64,000 nt of DNA from Escherichia phage vB_EcoM_G8. This document shows positions 18,436-30,938 of this stretch, piece by piece. The number at the start of each line of letters is the position of its first letter. The first letter of the stretch is position 1. The position numbers and the translations under genes were made by a program. The notes under the pieces were generated by a model, which was not told where the DNA came from, searched no databases, and worked only from the letters and a program-made list of their open reading frames with translations. The stretch is from the sequence record NC_054915.1, one strand, 5' to 3'.

Positions 18436-19895
18436 AGACCAGTTACCTCATGAAAATCGCCAAATACATCTTCGAACGTATTAGCTTTAGTTTTATCTTC
18501 ACGTAAACGAATCGCAATCGGAAGAAATAATTTAACGTAATCAGTGCGGCCATCAGATTTTAACCAACCGTTGCATTCGCACTCTAGAATTTTTCCAATA
18601 TAATAATTTTGGTTTTCCATAATGCGAGTACGGTCAAGTTCATGCGATTTTACACCGGCTTTATCTTTTAAGCCTGAACCAGCATTTACCTTAATTTTTC
18701 CACACTCTGACTCAAGAATAAATCCACCTGCTTTAGTAGGGTCTTTACGGTGAGGATAAATTCCTACAATTTTTAAATCAACATCAATTACTTCTTTAAA
18801 TTTATAGATATTTTTTGAACGAGCATTTTCCCATAATCCATCGATATTTTTGAGAATAATACCTTCAAGACCTTGGTCAATATACTTTTTATAAATTACC
18901 TTAGCTTCATCTAGGTTATTTACTACCTGGTTTTCAATTAAAATTACTTTATCATAGCCTGATGTCATTTGTTCTAGTTTAGAAAAACGTACATCATATT
19001 TCAAACGAAATGCAGGAAGACCGTATATTTCTACCAACGGGACATAATCCCAGACCTGAAACTTCATGCATTGAGCTTCTTTTTCAGAAATGGTTCCCTT
19101 TAAAGATTTATTGGCGATTCCATTAGAAGTAGTACGTGATTCAGCTACTTCGGCGAATTCTTTGGCTTTACTAATTTCAGGATAAGCATCAAAAAGAAAA
19201 TCTAGGCCTTCTGGCTCCTTTTTAACTTGCTCATGGTATACCAATTCGCCATCAATTAACACGCCTTCTGGATGAATCTGGCGGGCTTCAGCGGTCATTT
19301 TGATTAATTCTTCCTTAAGAAGATCTAATCCTAGATATTCATTACCGGCTCGTGATAAAAGACGAACATCATCTAATTCATCACCTCTGACTTCGGCAAA
19401 GCACCGAGCCCCATCAGCTTTTAACTGGGCAAAGGCTGGAAATTTGATATTCTTATTAATGCCTTTTTCATCATAAGAACTTGCAAGCATTTGAGGTTGT
19501 TCAGGAATTAAACCTGGCCAAACTTTGTTTGCAATAGATACTGAAGCACCACATTCAAGGTCTCGCATCATCACTCGACGCAAAACTTCAACATCATCTT
19601 TTTTACCATCGGTGATATATCCAGTTAATTCCTCAATTGCTGCATTTCCAGTCAATTTCCGAGTAGCTAATGTGAATTCAATGAAGTCAAGCATATCGGT
19701 AAGAGTCAACATTCCAAAACTCTGGGTAGCAATACCAGGTTTAGGCCATTTCTTGATATAATACTGCAACCCACGAGAATAAGTCAGACGATATACTCGT
19801 TTAAGCAATTCATTATCTTCATTCTTTTCAAGAATTGCTTGCTTCTGCTTAGTTGAACCAATAGATGCTATTTCGTTCAGAATTTTAAGAATCAT
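18432..19895 (-). CDS. 30: ATP-dependent DNA ligase gp30
   Basis: 487-aa ORF, same length as T4 DNA ligase; adenylation lysine motif context (FAQLKADGARCF). Confidence 0.93.
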   Translation of the reverse strand: MILKILNEIASIGSTKQKQAILEKNEDNELLKRVYRLTYSRGLQYYIKKWPKPGIATQSFGMLTLTDMLDFIEFTLATRKLTGNAAIEELTGYITDGKKDDVEVLRRVMMRDLECGASVSIANKVWPGLIPEQPQMLASSYDEKGINKNIKFPAFAQLKADGARCFAEVRGDELDDVRLLSRAGNEYLGLDLLKEELIKMTAEARQIHPEGVLIDGELVYHEQVKKEPEGLDFLFDAYPEISKAKEFAEVAESRTTSNGIANKSLKGTISEKEAQCMKFQVWDYVPLVEIYGLPAFRLKYDVRFSKLEQMTSGYDKVILIENQVVNNLDEAKVIYKKYIDQGLEGIILKNIDGLWENARSKNIYKFKEVIDVDLKIVGIYPHRKDPTKAGGFILESECGKIKVNAGSGLKDKAGVKSHELDRTRIMENQNYYIGKILECECNGWLKSDGRTDYVKLFLPIAIRLREDKTKANTFEDVFGDFHEVTGL

Positions 19896-20161
19896 TATTC
19901 ATCCTTCAGAGTTTGGTTTACAGCTCTATTATAAATCAATTCATCATTAAGCTCAGTCAAAGACTTATGATATGTGGTTCTAACTTTATTTCCTTGCATC
20001 CAGTGCTTGATATAAATGAAACCTTGCTCTACACATTTTTTAAAAATTCGTTCGTCTTTTTGAGCTCGGAATTCTGGATTGCATCTAAAAAATTGATTTA
20101 CGTGACCGTAATCACGTGTAGTATTACCTTCATTTTCATAAATAGTGTGAACAACAAACAT
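19895..20161 (-). CDS. Conserved hypothetical protein (30.1 position)
   Basis: 88-aa ORF, start overlaps upstream stop. Confidence 0.55.
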   Translation of the reverse strand: MFVVHTIYENEGNTTRDYGHVNQFFRCNPEFRAQKDERIFKKCVEQGFIYIKHWMQGNKVRTTYHKSLTELNDELIYNRAVNQTLKDE

Positions 20162-21009
20162 TAGAATGCTCCTTGGAAAATATTATCACCACTAGTAAGT
20201 CTATTAAAATACCCTGCGTCGCCAGGCTTAATATAACTCCACGTATGGAATGGATGCATCTGGTGTGAGTGCGTATAATATGGATGATATGGATTATAAG
20301 GATTAAATCCAGGAGTTCTCCAGGTAGTGTTCCAGCGAAAAGAATCGTTTTTAATCATCTTCTCAATTACATCTTTTATAGCTTTTTCACTATCAAAACT
20401 TTCTTTATTTTCCTTTGATGGAAAAAGCTTATTCTCTACATCATTCCATGTATAAACTCGCTGTGCAGTTTTTGGAATACTGTCACGCTCTCCTCGAGCC
20501 ATCCAATAAACTGGAACATTTAATATTTCACTCGCATGATCGCAGTGGTGAGCGAGATCGTCAATATAACAAATTACGTTATATTTCTCTTTTGCCTTTT
20601 TGAACAACTCTTCTTTTGAAGAATCATGACCACACATCAATACTTCTGAGAAGGCACCAGGAAAAAGAGCATTCAAATTAAATTGACGATTCAGCAGAGC
20701 GTCAATAGAATCACCCAATGCTGTAACAGCTACAAAATTATAATCTTCTTTTAATTTGTTAATTACACACAGGGCATCTTTATATGGCGACAAGTAACGA
20801 ATAAAATCTGAACGATTGTATTTTTCAATTAGCTTAACGCCAAGTTCTTCATCACAATTAAAAAGTTTACCAGGAGAAATAAATTTCTCATCTTGGATCA
20901 TTTTTAAAATATGTTCCAATGGAAGATTATATTTCTGAGCAAAATAAGGAAGGCCTGATTGCCAGCTTAAACATACTCCATCAATATCAGTTAAAATAGT
21001 AGGCTTCAT
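20161..21009 (-). CDS. HAD-superfamily hydrolase-like protein (30.2 position)
   Basis: 282-aa ORF with N-terminal motif ILTDIDGV (DxDG of HAD phosphatases). Confidence 0.6.
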   Translation of the reverse strand: MKPTILTDIDGVCLSWQSGLPYFAQKYNLPLEHILKMIQDEKFISPGKLFNCDEELGVKLIEKYNRSDFIRYLSPYKDALCVINKLKEDYNFVAVTALGDSIDALLNRQFNLNALFPGAFSEVLMCGHDSSKEELFKKAKEKYNVICYIDDLAHHCDHASEILNVPVYWMARGERDSIPKTAQRVYTWNDVENKLFPSKENKESFDSEKAIKDVIEKMIKNDSFRWNTTWRTPGFNPYNPYHPYYTHSHQMHPFHTWSYIKPGDAGYFNRLTSGDNIFQGAF

Positions 21010-21470
21010 AGAGAGTCTCTTAATAGGTTTAACACATCAATAAATTCAGCTTCGGTTAGTATTGTATCATCTTTTGTTAGACCACTAGCCATGCTGTGCT
21101 TCAAAACTTTTCCTTTCGAGACTTGTAATGCATCACGAAAGCCCTTGTTTTGGATCGCTGCTTCAAAATATGCATTTGTGTATAATTCTTTCCACGCCGG
21201 GGAGTATCTTGAAAACGGAACTCCGAGCCAGAAGAGGGTCCCACGGTCCTGAGCTCTTGCATAAGACCTTCCAGCTTGCTGTGCGGCCAATCCAGACAAC
21301 CCAAATATACGACGTTGTTGTTCAACATTTTTCACCTTGCACTCTTGGAGGAATCCTTCAAGACCTCCAAATTGAATACCATCCATAACGAAAGGCCATT
21401 GGGCGAAATTACTTAATGCGCATGATGGCCATCTAAAACTACTTCTAATCTCTAACTCAGACATTTTCAA
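21006..21470 (-). CDS. Conserved hypothetical protein (30.3 position)
   Basis: 154-aa ORF, translationally coupled. Confidence 0.55.
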   Translation of the reverse strand: MKMSELEIRSSFRWPSCALSNFAQWPFVMDGIQFGGLEGFLQECKVKNVEQQRRIFGLSGLAAQQAGRSYARAQDRGTLFWLGVPFSRYSPAWKELYTNAYFEAAIQNKGFRDALQVSKGKVLKHSMASGLTKDDTILTEAEFIDVLNLLRDSL

Positions 21471-21662
21471 TACTTATAATTTCAACATCAGCCCAATGAC
21501 CATAGCAAGGAAGACGAAATTCAACTGGCCAGTTAGGGTCCTTTCTAATATAATAGACTCAACTCGTGGTTCTTCATGTTCATCAGTATATGGATTTTTA
21601 TCTGTTACTTTATATGTGACCTTAATGTACTGAATTCCAAAAATCTTATTAATTAATTATAT

Positions 21663-21860
21663 TCATACTAATTCCTTTAATCCGTAAATAGGAGATAATT
21701 CATCACCCATGCGAAGGTCTTCATTTCCATCTACCCAGGAAACAATATAAGCCTCTTTTATTTGAATACCACTCCATTTAAATGGAGGTAGAACCTTAGA
21801 AATTAATCCAGGTATACCAACTCCCTTTAATTCAACAGTTTGACCTAAAAAGAATTTCAT
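21663..21860 (-). CDS. Small hypothetical protein
   Basis: 65-aa ORF, stop overlaps next start. Confidence 0.45.
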   Translation of the reverse strand: MKFFLGQTVELKGVGIPGLISKVLPPFKWSGIQIKEAYIVSWVDGNEDLRMGDELSPIYGLKELV

Positions 21861-22147
21861 TAGAACCTCATCTGAAAACCATGCGATTTAACATTACCGC
21901 CACCAATATCAGAGATATTAATTTCGCGCGCAATTGAAGGGTCAATGTCAATTTCGCGATTGAGTTTAGTGATAGCTAAAGTATCGCGCCCATTTACAGT
22001 ACGAAACTCTAAAGGACAAACCACATCAACGTAGTTTTTAATCGATTCGCTAGTAGGTTGCAAATGTGCAGGAAGGTCTTTAGGCGCCTTTGAGAAAACA
22101 ACTTCACAGAAATTTTTGCGGGTATCAAAATAAGTAGTCATAAACAT
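21860..22147 (-). CDS. Hypothetical protein (about 95 aa; start trimmed to MFMTTYF with RBS GAGGAAAA)
   Basis: The track ORF extends upstream through a GC hairpin; an internal ATG with a good RBS is the more plausible start. Confidence 0.45.
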   Translation of the reverse strand: MFMTTYFDTRKNFCEVVFSKAPKDLPAHLQPTSESIKNYVDVVCPLEFRTVNGRDTLAITKLNREIDIDPSIAREINISDIGGGNVKSHGFQMRF

Positions 22148-22254
22148 AACATTTTCCTCAATAGGGGCCGAAGCCCTTTTCTTTTGTTTGTATAAGATAA
22201 TACTATCACAAAGGAACCGTACTGTAAACAACTTTGTGCAATCTTTGGAAAATA

Positions 22255-22283
22255 AAAAAAGGACTCCCGAAGGAGTCCTCAAC
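22255..22283 (-). terminator. Hairpin GGACTCC-TTCG-GGAGTCC followed by TTTTTTTATTTT
   Basis: Perfect stem and U-run on minus strand. Confidence 0.6.
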
Positions 22284-22460
22284 TTATGCTTTCTGCTTAC
22301 CAAAACGAGAAGCATCATCTCGAAGAACCGCACGTGCTCGGCGCATGATCTTCTCAACAGTTTGATTGATACGAGAGTTCGACCCACGCTTGTAGCCAGC
22401 GCGTTTAGAATCACCAACTTTCTTTTCAACTGATTTCTTTGCTTTAGCTTGTTTTGCCAT
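22284..22460 (-). CDS. Small lysine/arginine-rich protein (58 aa from MAKQAKAKK)
   Basis: Basic ORF with internal ATG start; no function assignable from sequence. Confidence 0.45.
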   Translation of the reverse strand: MAKQAKAKKSVEKKVGDSKRAGYKRGSNSRINQTVEKIMRRARAVLRDDASRFGKQKA

Positions 22461-22705
22461 TATAAATTCTCTTTTAAATGAAAATGCAGGACTTATTGGC
22501 ATTGCCTGCGCAAGCCCTCAAGGGGAACATAGGTTTTTGGATATTTAACGACCAGGATAACCATAAACCCGTCATCATTCACATTCAAGAGGTACACCAT
22601 AAAACTGCCGGGGTCTTAAAACTATAATGATTCGCAAATCATTAATCAGACAGTTCGATGGCTCCTCGATTTTAGATCACACTAAGGCAGTGAATCTCCA
22701 ATAAA

Positions 22706-22954
22706 TTACTTCAGTGTTACCACAAAGTGACGAACTGCTTTTCGTGCAGCAGAAGCCAGAGGCTTAGCATACTTAAGTTCATCTTTTTCCTGAAGCTCAG
22801 CAGCTAATGCAGTTTGAGCAGGATTTAGATGTTTGAAATAACGCAGGATTTCAAGAGCTTCGGCTTCAACATCAATAGATGCGCCATAGTTTTCGTGACC
22901 ATTATTCCATGCGTTTCGTTGCAGTTCAAGAGCGTGTTGTAATTGTTTAATCAT
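22706..22954 (-). CDS. rIII: rIII lysis inhibition accessory protein
   Basis: 82-aa ORF, same length and position as T4 rIII. Confidence 0.85.
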   Translation of the reverse strand: MIKQLQHALELQRNAWNNGHENYGASIDVEAEALEILRYFKHLNPAQTALAAELQEKDELKYAKPLASAARKAVRHFVVTLK

Positions 22955-23101
22955 TTAAAAATTCTCGTTAGAGATTAAAACTCGGTAGTCACGTTCTTCT
23001 GAATTTCATCTTCTTTCGACAGATCTCTCAGTTGTAGACTACCACATAGAATTGTTCGGTTAACTTATTATTCCGACACCCAATTCATATTATTATTTAT
23101 A

Positions 23102-23437
23102 TCACTTATAAAGACACGGAATAGCTTTATAGTGACAGGTAACAAATTTTTGTTTAATTTCTTTTGGCTGCTTAAGACCCAGAGCTACAAAAGGATGCGG
23201 AACGTTTCGAATTTGACCAACTGGAAGAGAAGTCAAATCACCAACTTCACAAAAACCTTCAGGAACATCAGGACCGACAGAGTGAATTACACACAGTTCA
23301 GGAACTTCACCTTGAACACGTTTACCGATAATAAGTCCTGATTCTGTAACTTCTTCATCACCGGCTTGTGCAGGTTCAGAAACTAAAATAACATATTCAC
23401 CTACAGCACGAATTGGTAGCTGTTGTACTTCAGACAT
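23102..23437 (-). CDS. 31: Co-chaperonin gp31 (GroES analogue for capsid protein folding)
   Basis: 111-aa ORF, same length and position as T4 gp31. Confidence 0.9.
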   Translation of the reverse strand: MSEVQQLPIRAVGEYVILVSEPAQAGDEEVTESGLIIGKRVQGEVPELCVIHSVGPDVPEGFCEVGDLTSLPVGQIRNVPHPFVALGLKQPKEIKQKFVTCHYKAIPCLYK

Positions 23438-23493
23438 CGTTTTTCCTTTTTGTTAACAGATGAATTAATAATAACAAATAATTCTTAAAGCAT

Positions 23494-23802
23494 TTATTTA
23501 CCAATAAATTGAAGCAAATGCTCAACTTTCATACCATTAACGGAAATCAATTTGTCAATAGAAAAACCTCGCCATGCACCAAGCTCAACATCAAATACCG
23601 GAATCATGTCAGTAGATTCTTTCCGAGTAGATTCAGTCAATTTACCAGTTTGCATGGTTGGCATAAAGTCTGCATCACGAGTACCTTTCATAGTACGAAT
23701 AGTACCATCAGACTTTTCAAAAACTACGTTTGAAATACCCATGGACAATTTAGTTTTTAAAATTTCGCGAATTGCTACTTTCTGCTCAGTTGTTAGTTTC
23801 AT
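23494..23802 (-). CDS. Conserved hypothetical protein (31.1 position)
   Basis: 102-aa ORF. Confidence 0.55.
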   Translation of the reverse strand: MKLTTEQKVAIREILKTKLSMGISNVVFEKSDGTIRTMKGTRDADFMPTMQTGKLTESTRKESTDMIPVFDVELGAWRGFSIDKLISVNGMKVEHLLQFIGK

Positions 23803-24039
23803 TTATTTACCTATCACAGTTTTAATATGAGTTGTTCCACGTTCTTTAAGGGTGGAAAGTAATTTTTGGCATTTTTCTAAATCAGATTTCCAACTATATG
23901 GTTTATCAATACAAACCCAATTTGTCTTATAATACTGTTTCCATTTAGAGAAAAAATATTTCTTATACTCTACAGCAAACGAGATGTTCTCATTAGAATA
24001 AGAACTAATTGCTGTGAGCTTTACCAAACGAAATTTCAT
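23803..24039 (-). CDS. Conserved hypothetical protein (31.2 position)
   Basis: 78-aa ORF. Confidence 0.5.
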   Translation of the reverse strand: MKFRLVKLTAISSYSNENISFAVEYKKYFFSKWKQYYKTNWVCIDKPYSWKSDLEKCQKLLSTLKERGTTHIKTVIGK

Positions 24040-24620
24040 TATTCACCGCAGAATTCGTTGATATTTTCCCAGTTTAACTTATTCAAGTTTTTCTTAGGAA
24101 CATTAAACACTTCAATACCTGCATTTCGCAGAATATCATCCCAGCCAGGTTTATTTTTATCATATGTTTCGCAATAAACCAGCTTTTTAATACCAGATTG
24201 AGCTATCGCTTTTGCGCAATCTGGACAAGGAGAAAGTGTTACATACATAGTAGCACCTTCAATAGAAGAACCATTTCGTGCAGCAAACAAAATTGCATTT
24301 AGTTCAGCATGAATTTCATTTTTAGATGACCATTCCGAGTGAGCACTACGATATTCTTTCGCCAAGACAAAACGATCAGTTGAACCAAATGATACGCATT
24401 CAGGCTTATGACCTTGAATGATAGTATGTTTAGGCTTATTCAACAACCAACCTTGCTCAGCAGCATAATCACAACAGTTCACACCCCCTGCGGGTGAACC
24501 ATTATACCCAGTAGAAATAATACGTCCATTCTTTTCAATTACTGCTCCTACCTTCCAGGAGCAACATTTTGATTCCTGCGATACTAAATATGCAATTTGA
24601 AGTACTGTACTCGCTTTCAT
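24039..24620 (-). CDS. cd: dCMP deaminase
   Basis: 193-aa ORF with zinc-binding deaminase motifs HAELNAI and PCPDCAKAI. Confidence 0.93.
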   Translation of the reverse strand: MKASTVLQIAYLVSQESKCCSWKVGAVIEKNGRIISTGYNGSPAGGVNCCDYAAEQGWLLNKPKHTIIQGHKPECVSFGSTDRFVLAKEYRSAHSEWSSKNEIHAELNAILFAARNGSSIEGATMYVTLSPCPDCAKAIAQSGIKKLVYCETYDKNKPGWDDILRNAGIEVFNVPKKNLNKLNWENINEFCGE

Positions 24621-24955
24621 TTCATAATCACCAGATAAGCAGATTTAGCAGTTTCAACCCGATAAATTTCGTGACGAAGTTTAGTTATACTTTTAATAAC
24701 AGAACTAATTATATTCTGCCCATCTTTAAAGCGGTTTTTCTTATCAATAAAAACTGCGCCAGTCATCTTTTTGTGAAGCTCAACCGGATACTTCGTCACA
24801 ATAATAGCATCATACACAGAAGGATGAATACTATTCACTAGAGTGTCATTCATTAAAGTTATTCTAATGAACTGTGCTGTTTCAGAATCAAGCGCTCTAT
24901 GATCACCAGTATCGTTTTCAAGACAATTATCAATTATATCAGTTAAATTCATCAT
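24617..24955 (-). CDS. Conserved hypothetical protein (cd.1 position)
   Basis: 112-aa ORF. Confidence 0.55.
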   Translation of the reverse strand: MMNLTDIIDNCLENDTGDHRALDSETAQFIRITLMNDTLVNSIHPSVYDAIIVTKYPVELHKKMTGAVFIDKKNRFKDGQNIISSVIKSITKLRHEIYRVETAKSAYLVIMK

Positions 24956-25191
24956 AGTACGCCATACACCCTTTGTGCTTCAACTAATCCATCAAAATCC
25001 AGTTTAAGATGCGATATTTGATCGCCATCACCTGGATTCACAATTACTAATACTGAACGAGGAGTTTCGGTAATAACACGAACCGATGTTTCAGGAAATC
25101 GTTCAGAAACCTTATTTACTAATTCCTGTGCAAATAGTTTAACTTTTTCTTGGAATTCTTTAACAGTAATCGGTTTTTCACTTAGCAGCAT
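24952..25191 (-). CDS. Conserved hypothetical protein (cd.2 position)
   Basis: 79-aa ORF. Confidence 0.55.
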   Translation of the reverse strand: MLLSEKPITVKEFQEKVKLFAQELVNKVSERFPETSVRVITETPRSVLVIVNPGDGDQISHLKLDFDGLVEAQRVYGVL

Positions 25192-25252
25192 TTTGTTTTC
25201 CTCATTTGTTTGGTAGAGCTATAATATCACAACTCTACCGTAAAGTAAACTA

Positions 25253-25558
25253 TTAAATTGCTTTGAATTCCGCAGTTTGAGATTCAAAGCGAATGTCGCC
25301 TTGAATAACTAGTTCAGCATCAAGACCAAATACGACAATGATATGCGCTGACCCAGGATACAGTTGAATAACAACAGAATCTACTTGACCAGGAAGCAAA
25401 GTATTCAAAACATGAGTCACTTGAGCATGGATTCGAAGCTCAGCTGCGTTATCAAGTTTTTCAAACATATTATTAGCGATAATTTGGCTAAACACTACTT
25501 CTACGATTTTAGAGTAAGTCGGAAATATATTTACCTCACATAATTTTCTTCGAGCCAA
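25253..25558 (-). CDS. Conserved hypothetical protein (cd.3 position)
   Basis: 101-aa ORF. Confidence 0.5.
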   Translation of the reverse strand: MARRKLCEVNIFPTYSKIVEVVFSQIIANNMFEKLDNAAELRIHAQVTHVLNTLLPGQVDSVVIQLYPGSAHIIVVFGLDAELVIQGDIRFESQTAEFKAI

Positions 25559-25592
25559 TTAATAATAGTCCAAGTTTCATGGTGCCAAGCCA

Positions 25593-26793
<1,201 letters not shown>

Positions 26794-26797
<4 letters not shown>

Positions 26798-27024
26798 TTA
26801 TTTTTCTCAACCAATGATTGAATATAATCATGCAGGTCTTTAGATGCTTTACCCCATTTATTTTGATATTCATTTTTGAGATTAGCACGTGATTGAGCTA
26901 ATAAAACATCATTAGTTGGAGGTAAAGATTCTAACCGCTGAATCTGGCGTCCATAAATCATTGCAGCCATCTCGGATTCATAAATCAATCCTTTGAGATG
27001 TTCAAATTGATGCCATGAAATCAT
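26794..27024 (-). CDS. Conserved hypothetical protein (pseT.2 position)
   Basis: 76-aa ORF. Confidence 0.55.
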
Positions 27025-27320
27025 TTACATTTATCCTCTTTTAACTCTTGACGATAATAACATATCATAGTTTTCTGGTCATGTACATATCGTTTTACAT
27101 CATTAAGCCAAATACGAAATTCCTGGGAATCTTCAAATGGCATACCGACCCAAGCTTTACCATCGATAACTTTAACTTGCCAAGATAGTTTAGCTTCATC
27201 ATATGACTTTATTTGTACAGGCCAATTAGGATGAACTGTTTCTTTCTTTACTTCTAGAGGCTTTGTAGAACAACCAACTAGAAGACCAATAGATAATATT
27301 ACTGCTGATAGTTTAATCAT
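27021..27320 (-). CDS. Predicted lipoprotein (pseT.3 position)
   Basis: Signal peptide plus lipobox LLVGCS at N-terminus of 99-aa ORF. Confidence 0.6.
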   Translation of the reverse strand: MIKLSAVILSIGLLVGCSTKPLEVKKETVHPNWPVQIKSYDEAKLSWQVKVIDGKAWVGMPFEDSQEFRIWLNDVKRYVHDQKTMICYYRQELKEDKCK

Positions 27321-27670
27321 TTAGAAAGGTCCTGGATGTCTTCTGCGAACTTGTTGAAGGAGTTGTTGATTTGTTTTTCAACCAATCCTGGCTTATGAGC
27401 CACCACATCCGCCTTCTTTGCGTCTTTGCGCAGTTTTTCATTTTCACGCTCAATAGCAGCAATTGCCTCACGATTTTTATTATTCATCGCATCAATATAA
27501 TTATACTGAATTCGCAAATTATTTAATGCTAAGGCGTTTTCATTGGCCGTTTTTGTAATTTCTACAACAGACGTTTCTAATCTTTCAATTTTATTTTTTA
27601 AAATTAAAGAAGTTCCGCCTAATGCAATTACAATTAATAGCAAACCTGTTGTCGTATTACTTAATTGCAT
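27317..27670 (-). CDS. Membrane-anchored coiled-coil hypothetical protein
   Basis: 117-aa ORF with hydrophobic N-terminus. Confidence 0.5.
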   Translation of the reverse strand: MQLSNTTTGLLLIVIALGGTSLILKNKIERLETSVVEITKTANENALALNNLRIQYNYIDAMNNKNREAIAAIERENEKLRKDAKKADVVAHKPGLVEKQINNSFNKFAEDIQDLSK

Positions 27671-28167
27671 AAAGTTTTAATAACCTCTATAATATCGTCT
27701 TGAGAAAGACCGTTAATTAAAATATGATGTTCAGCCGGAGATTTAGAAATTTTAAAGCATGCCTCAACATCTTCTGCCATATCCGATGCACTACGATTTG
27801 GATTACTAATTCCAAGGCGGTGTTTTCCCGTTAAAGGATTAACGATAATATAGCATTTACAGCTATTGATATGAACATTAGGTTGAGTCTGATTAATGAA
27901 CACTTCACAATCATACTTAGCGAGTTGATTTTCTAAAAAGACTTTCATCTCCTCAACCGCATCAGGAAGCATATCACGGGCTTTCTCAAGACGACGATTT
28001 CGATATTCTTTAACGGTCGTTTTCCGCTTAACTTGCTTAGCTAAATCTTTCTTAAGATCAGTGATATATCCAACTCGACGATTTCCTTTGAATACAGAAA
28101 TCCCATCTGTAGTATCACCGTATGCTTCAACGACCATTTCAGTAGTAATAAGCTGCAAATCCATCAT
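27661..28167 (-). CDS. alc: Alc, inhibitor of host transcription elongation on cytosine-containing DNA
   Basis: 168-aa ORF at the T4 alc position (T4 Alc about 167 aa). Confidence 0.75.
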   Translation of the reverse strand: MMDLQLITTEMVVEAYGDTTDGISVFKGNRRVGYITDLKKDLAKQVKRKTTVKEYRNRRLEKARDMLPDAVEEMKVFLENQLAKYDCEVFINQTQPNVHINSCKCYIIVNPLTGKHRLGISNPNRSASDMAEDVEACFKISKSPAEHHILINGLSQDDIIEVIKTLCN

Positions 28168-28225
28168 AAAGTCCTCATGTTATGTCAGTAAGACTACTGT
28201 AACACAACACGAGGGACTTGTAAAC
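28160..28225 (-). promoter_or_regulatory. T4 early-type promoter cassette - copy 2 of the 15733-15790 repeat, upstream of alc
   Basis: About 52 nt near-identical to 15733-15786 (one mismatch) with GTTTAC and TATAGT elements. Confidence 0.5.
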
Positions 28226-28228
28226 AGC

Positions 28229-29816
<1,588 letters not shown>

Positions 29817-29843
29817 AATAAAATGGGCCTTGCGGCCCACTCC
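29817..29843 (-). terminator. Hairpin GGGCC-GCAA-GGCCC then ATTTTATT between nrdB and denA
   Basis: Read on minus strand. Confidence 0.5.
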
Positions 29844-30346
29844 TTAAAAGTATTTTTTAAAACTCATCATAACTTTATCATCAACATCATTATCAATCTG
29901 TGCAACAAGATAGGATGACAGTTCTACTTCTTGTGGCGCGGATTGAACATTATCAGAATTAAGATATTCACGAATCCAAGGATATGGATGTTTAACCGGA
30001 GCATCGGTAATTGGGCATGGAAGACCACACTGTTTCATACGAGATACAGTTAAGTAATCAATAAAGCTCCACATGCTATTTGTATTTAATCCAGGAACAT
30101 CGCCATCTTTAAATAAATGAACTGCCCAATCTTTTTCTTGGCGGTTAACTTCCATGAAAATATCAACTGCTTCTTGTTCACACTCTTGAGCAATTTTAAC
30201 CCATTCATCACCATCAGTACCGGATTGAAGTTGACGAATAATATATTGAGTGCCTTTAAGGTGAAGCTGCTCATCACGTGCAATGAACTTCATAATCTTG
30301 GCATTACCTTCCATAATTTCCATGTTCTTATGGAAGTTAAAGGTAC
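29844..30346 (-). CDS. nrdB: Ribonucleotide reductase small subunit NrdB, exon 2 (boundary approximate)
   Basis: Translation ...MEGNAKIMKFIARDEQLHL... matches the conserved R2 core; joining to exon 1 gives ...RFYVSFAC|TFNFHKNMEIMEGNAKI, analogous to E. coli [22 protein letters not shown]. Confidence 0.85.
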
Positions 30347-30938
30347 CGTTATGTTCGATTGAGCTCGCTAATTCTCAACCCGTTCTCTTATGAACTGCTA
30401 CATATTACTATGCAGACCAGACTATATCACAATCCCAGAGGGATTCTCCCCATTTCGAGTCGCTTGACTCTACGTCCGAAGACTAGTCGTTGAACCTTGC
30501 TTTGCAATTGTCGCCGTGCCATCGTTTATATGTTGATGGTGATAAATCTTTCTTATCACAATATGGACAATTCAATTGAATTCTATTTGGATTTAATTTA
30601 CATCTGTCATTATGTTTTAGATAAAATCCAGGACCTTTACCAATGTGACCACAGAAATCACATGTGATTTCTTTTTGTGCAGGATGGGTCCCGTTCTTAA
30701 CCATTTCTAATGTTTTTGCTGATGTTCTTTTCTTATGGTCTTCCATCAGAATCTTTAGGTAGGTCCGTCAGCATCTATCCAAATTTTTCTATAGTTCAAT
30801 TGTGCATCCTCTTAAAAGTATAATCATATTATACCAATTAAAGGTGCAAGCAAAACCTTGGCTGCTAGTTTTCCTATAAAGGACTTTCCAGCAATTAAAG
30901 GAGTTTTCGATAAACGTTACCGTTTAAAGGCGCATTTT
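30347..30938 (-). other. Group I self-splicing intron in nrdB (about 590-600 nt; boundaries inferred, +/-10 nt)
   Basis: R2 reading frame is broken between ...YVSFA and ...MEGNAKI by about 0.6 kb containing a zinc-finger ORF; T4 nrdB is known to carry a group I intron at this place. Confidence 0.8.
30483..30746 (-). pseudogene. Truncated intron-encoded endonuclease ORF (I-TevIII-like remnant, zinc-finger part only)
   Basis: 87-aa ORF with CxxC...CxxC motifs but no HNH catalytic core; the T4 nrdB intron ORF is known to be truncated. Confidence 0.6.

Noticed and set aside
21101-21388. ORFs 21101-21328 (minus) and 21128-21388 (plus) inside the 30.3-position gene
   Set aside because: Overlapping alternative-frame ORFs within a larger translationally coupled gene; no independent support.
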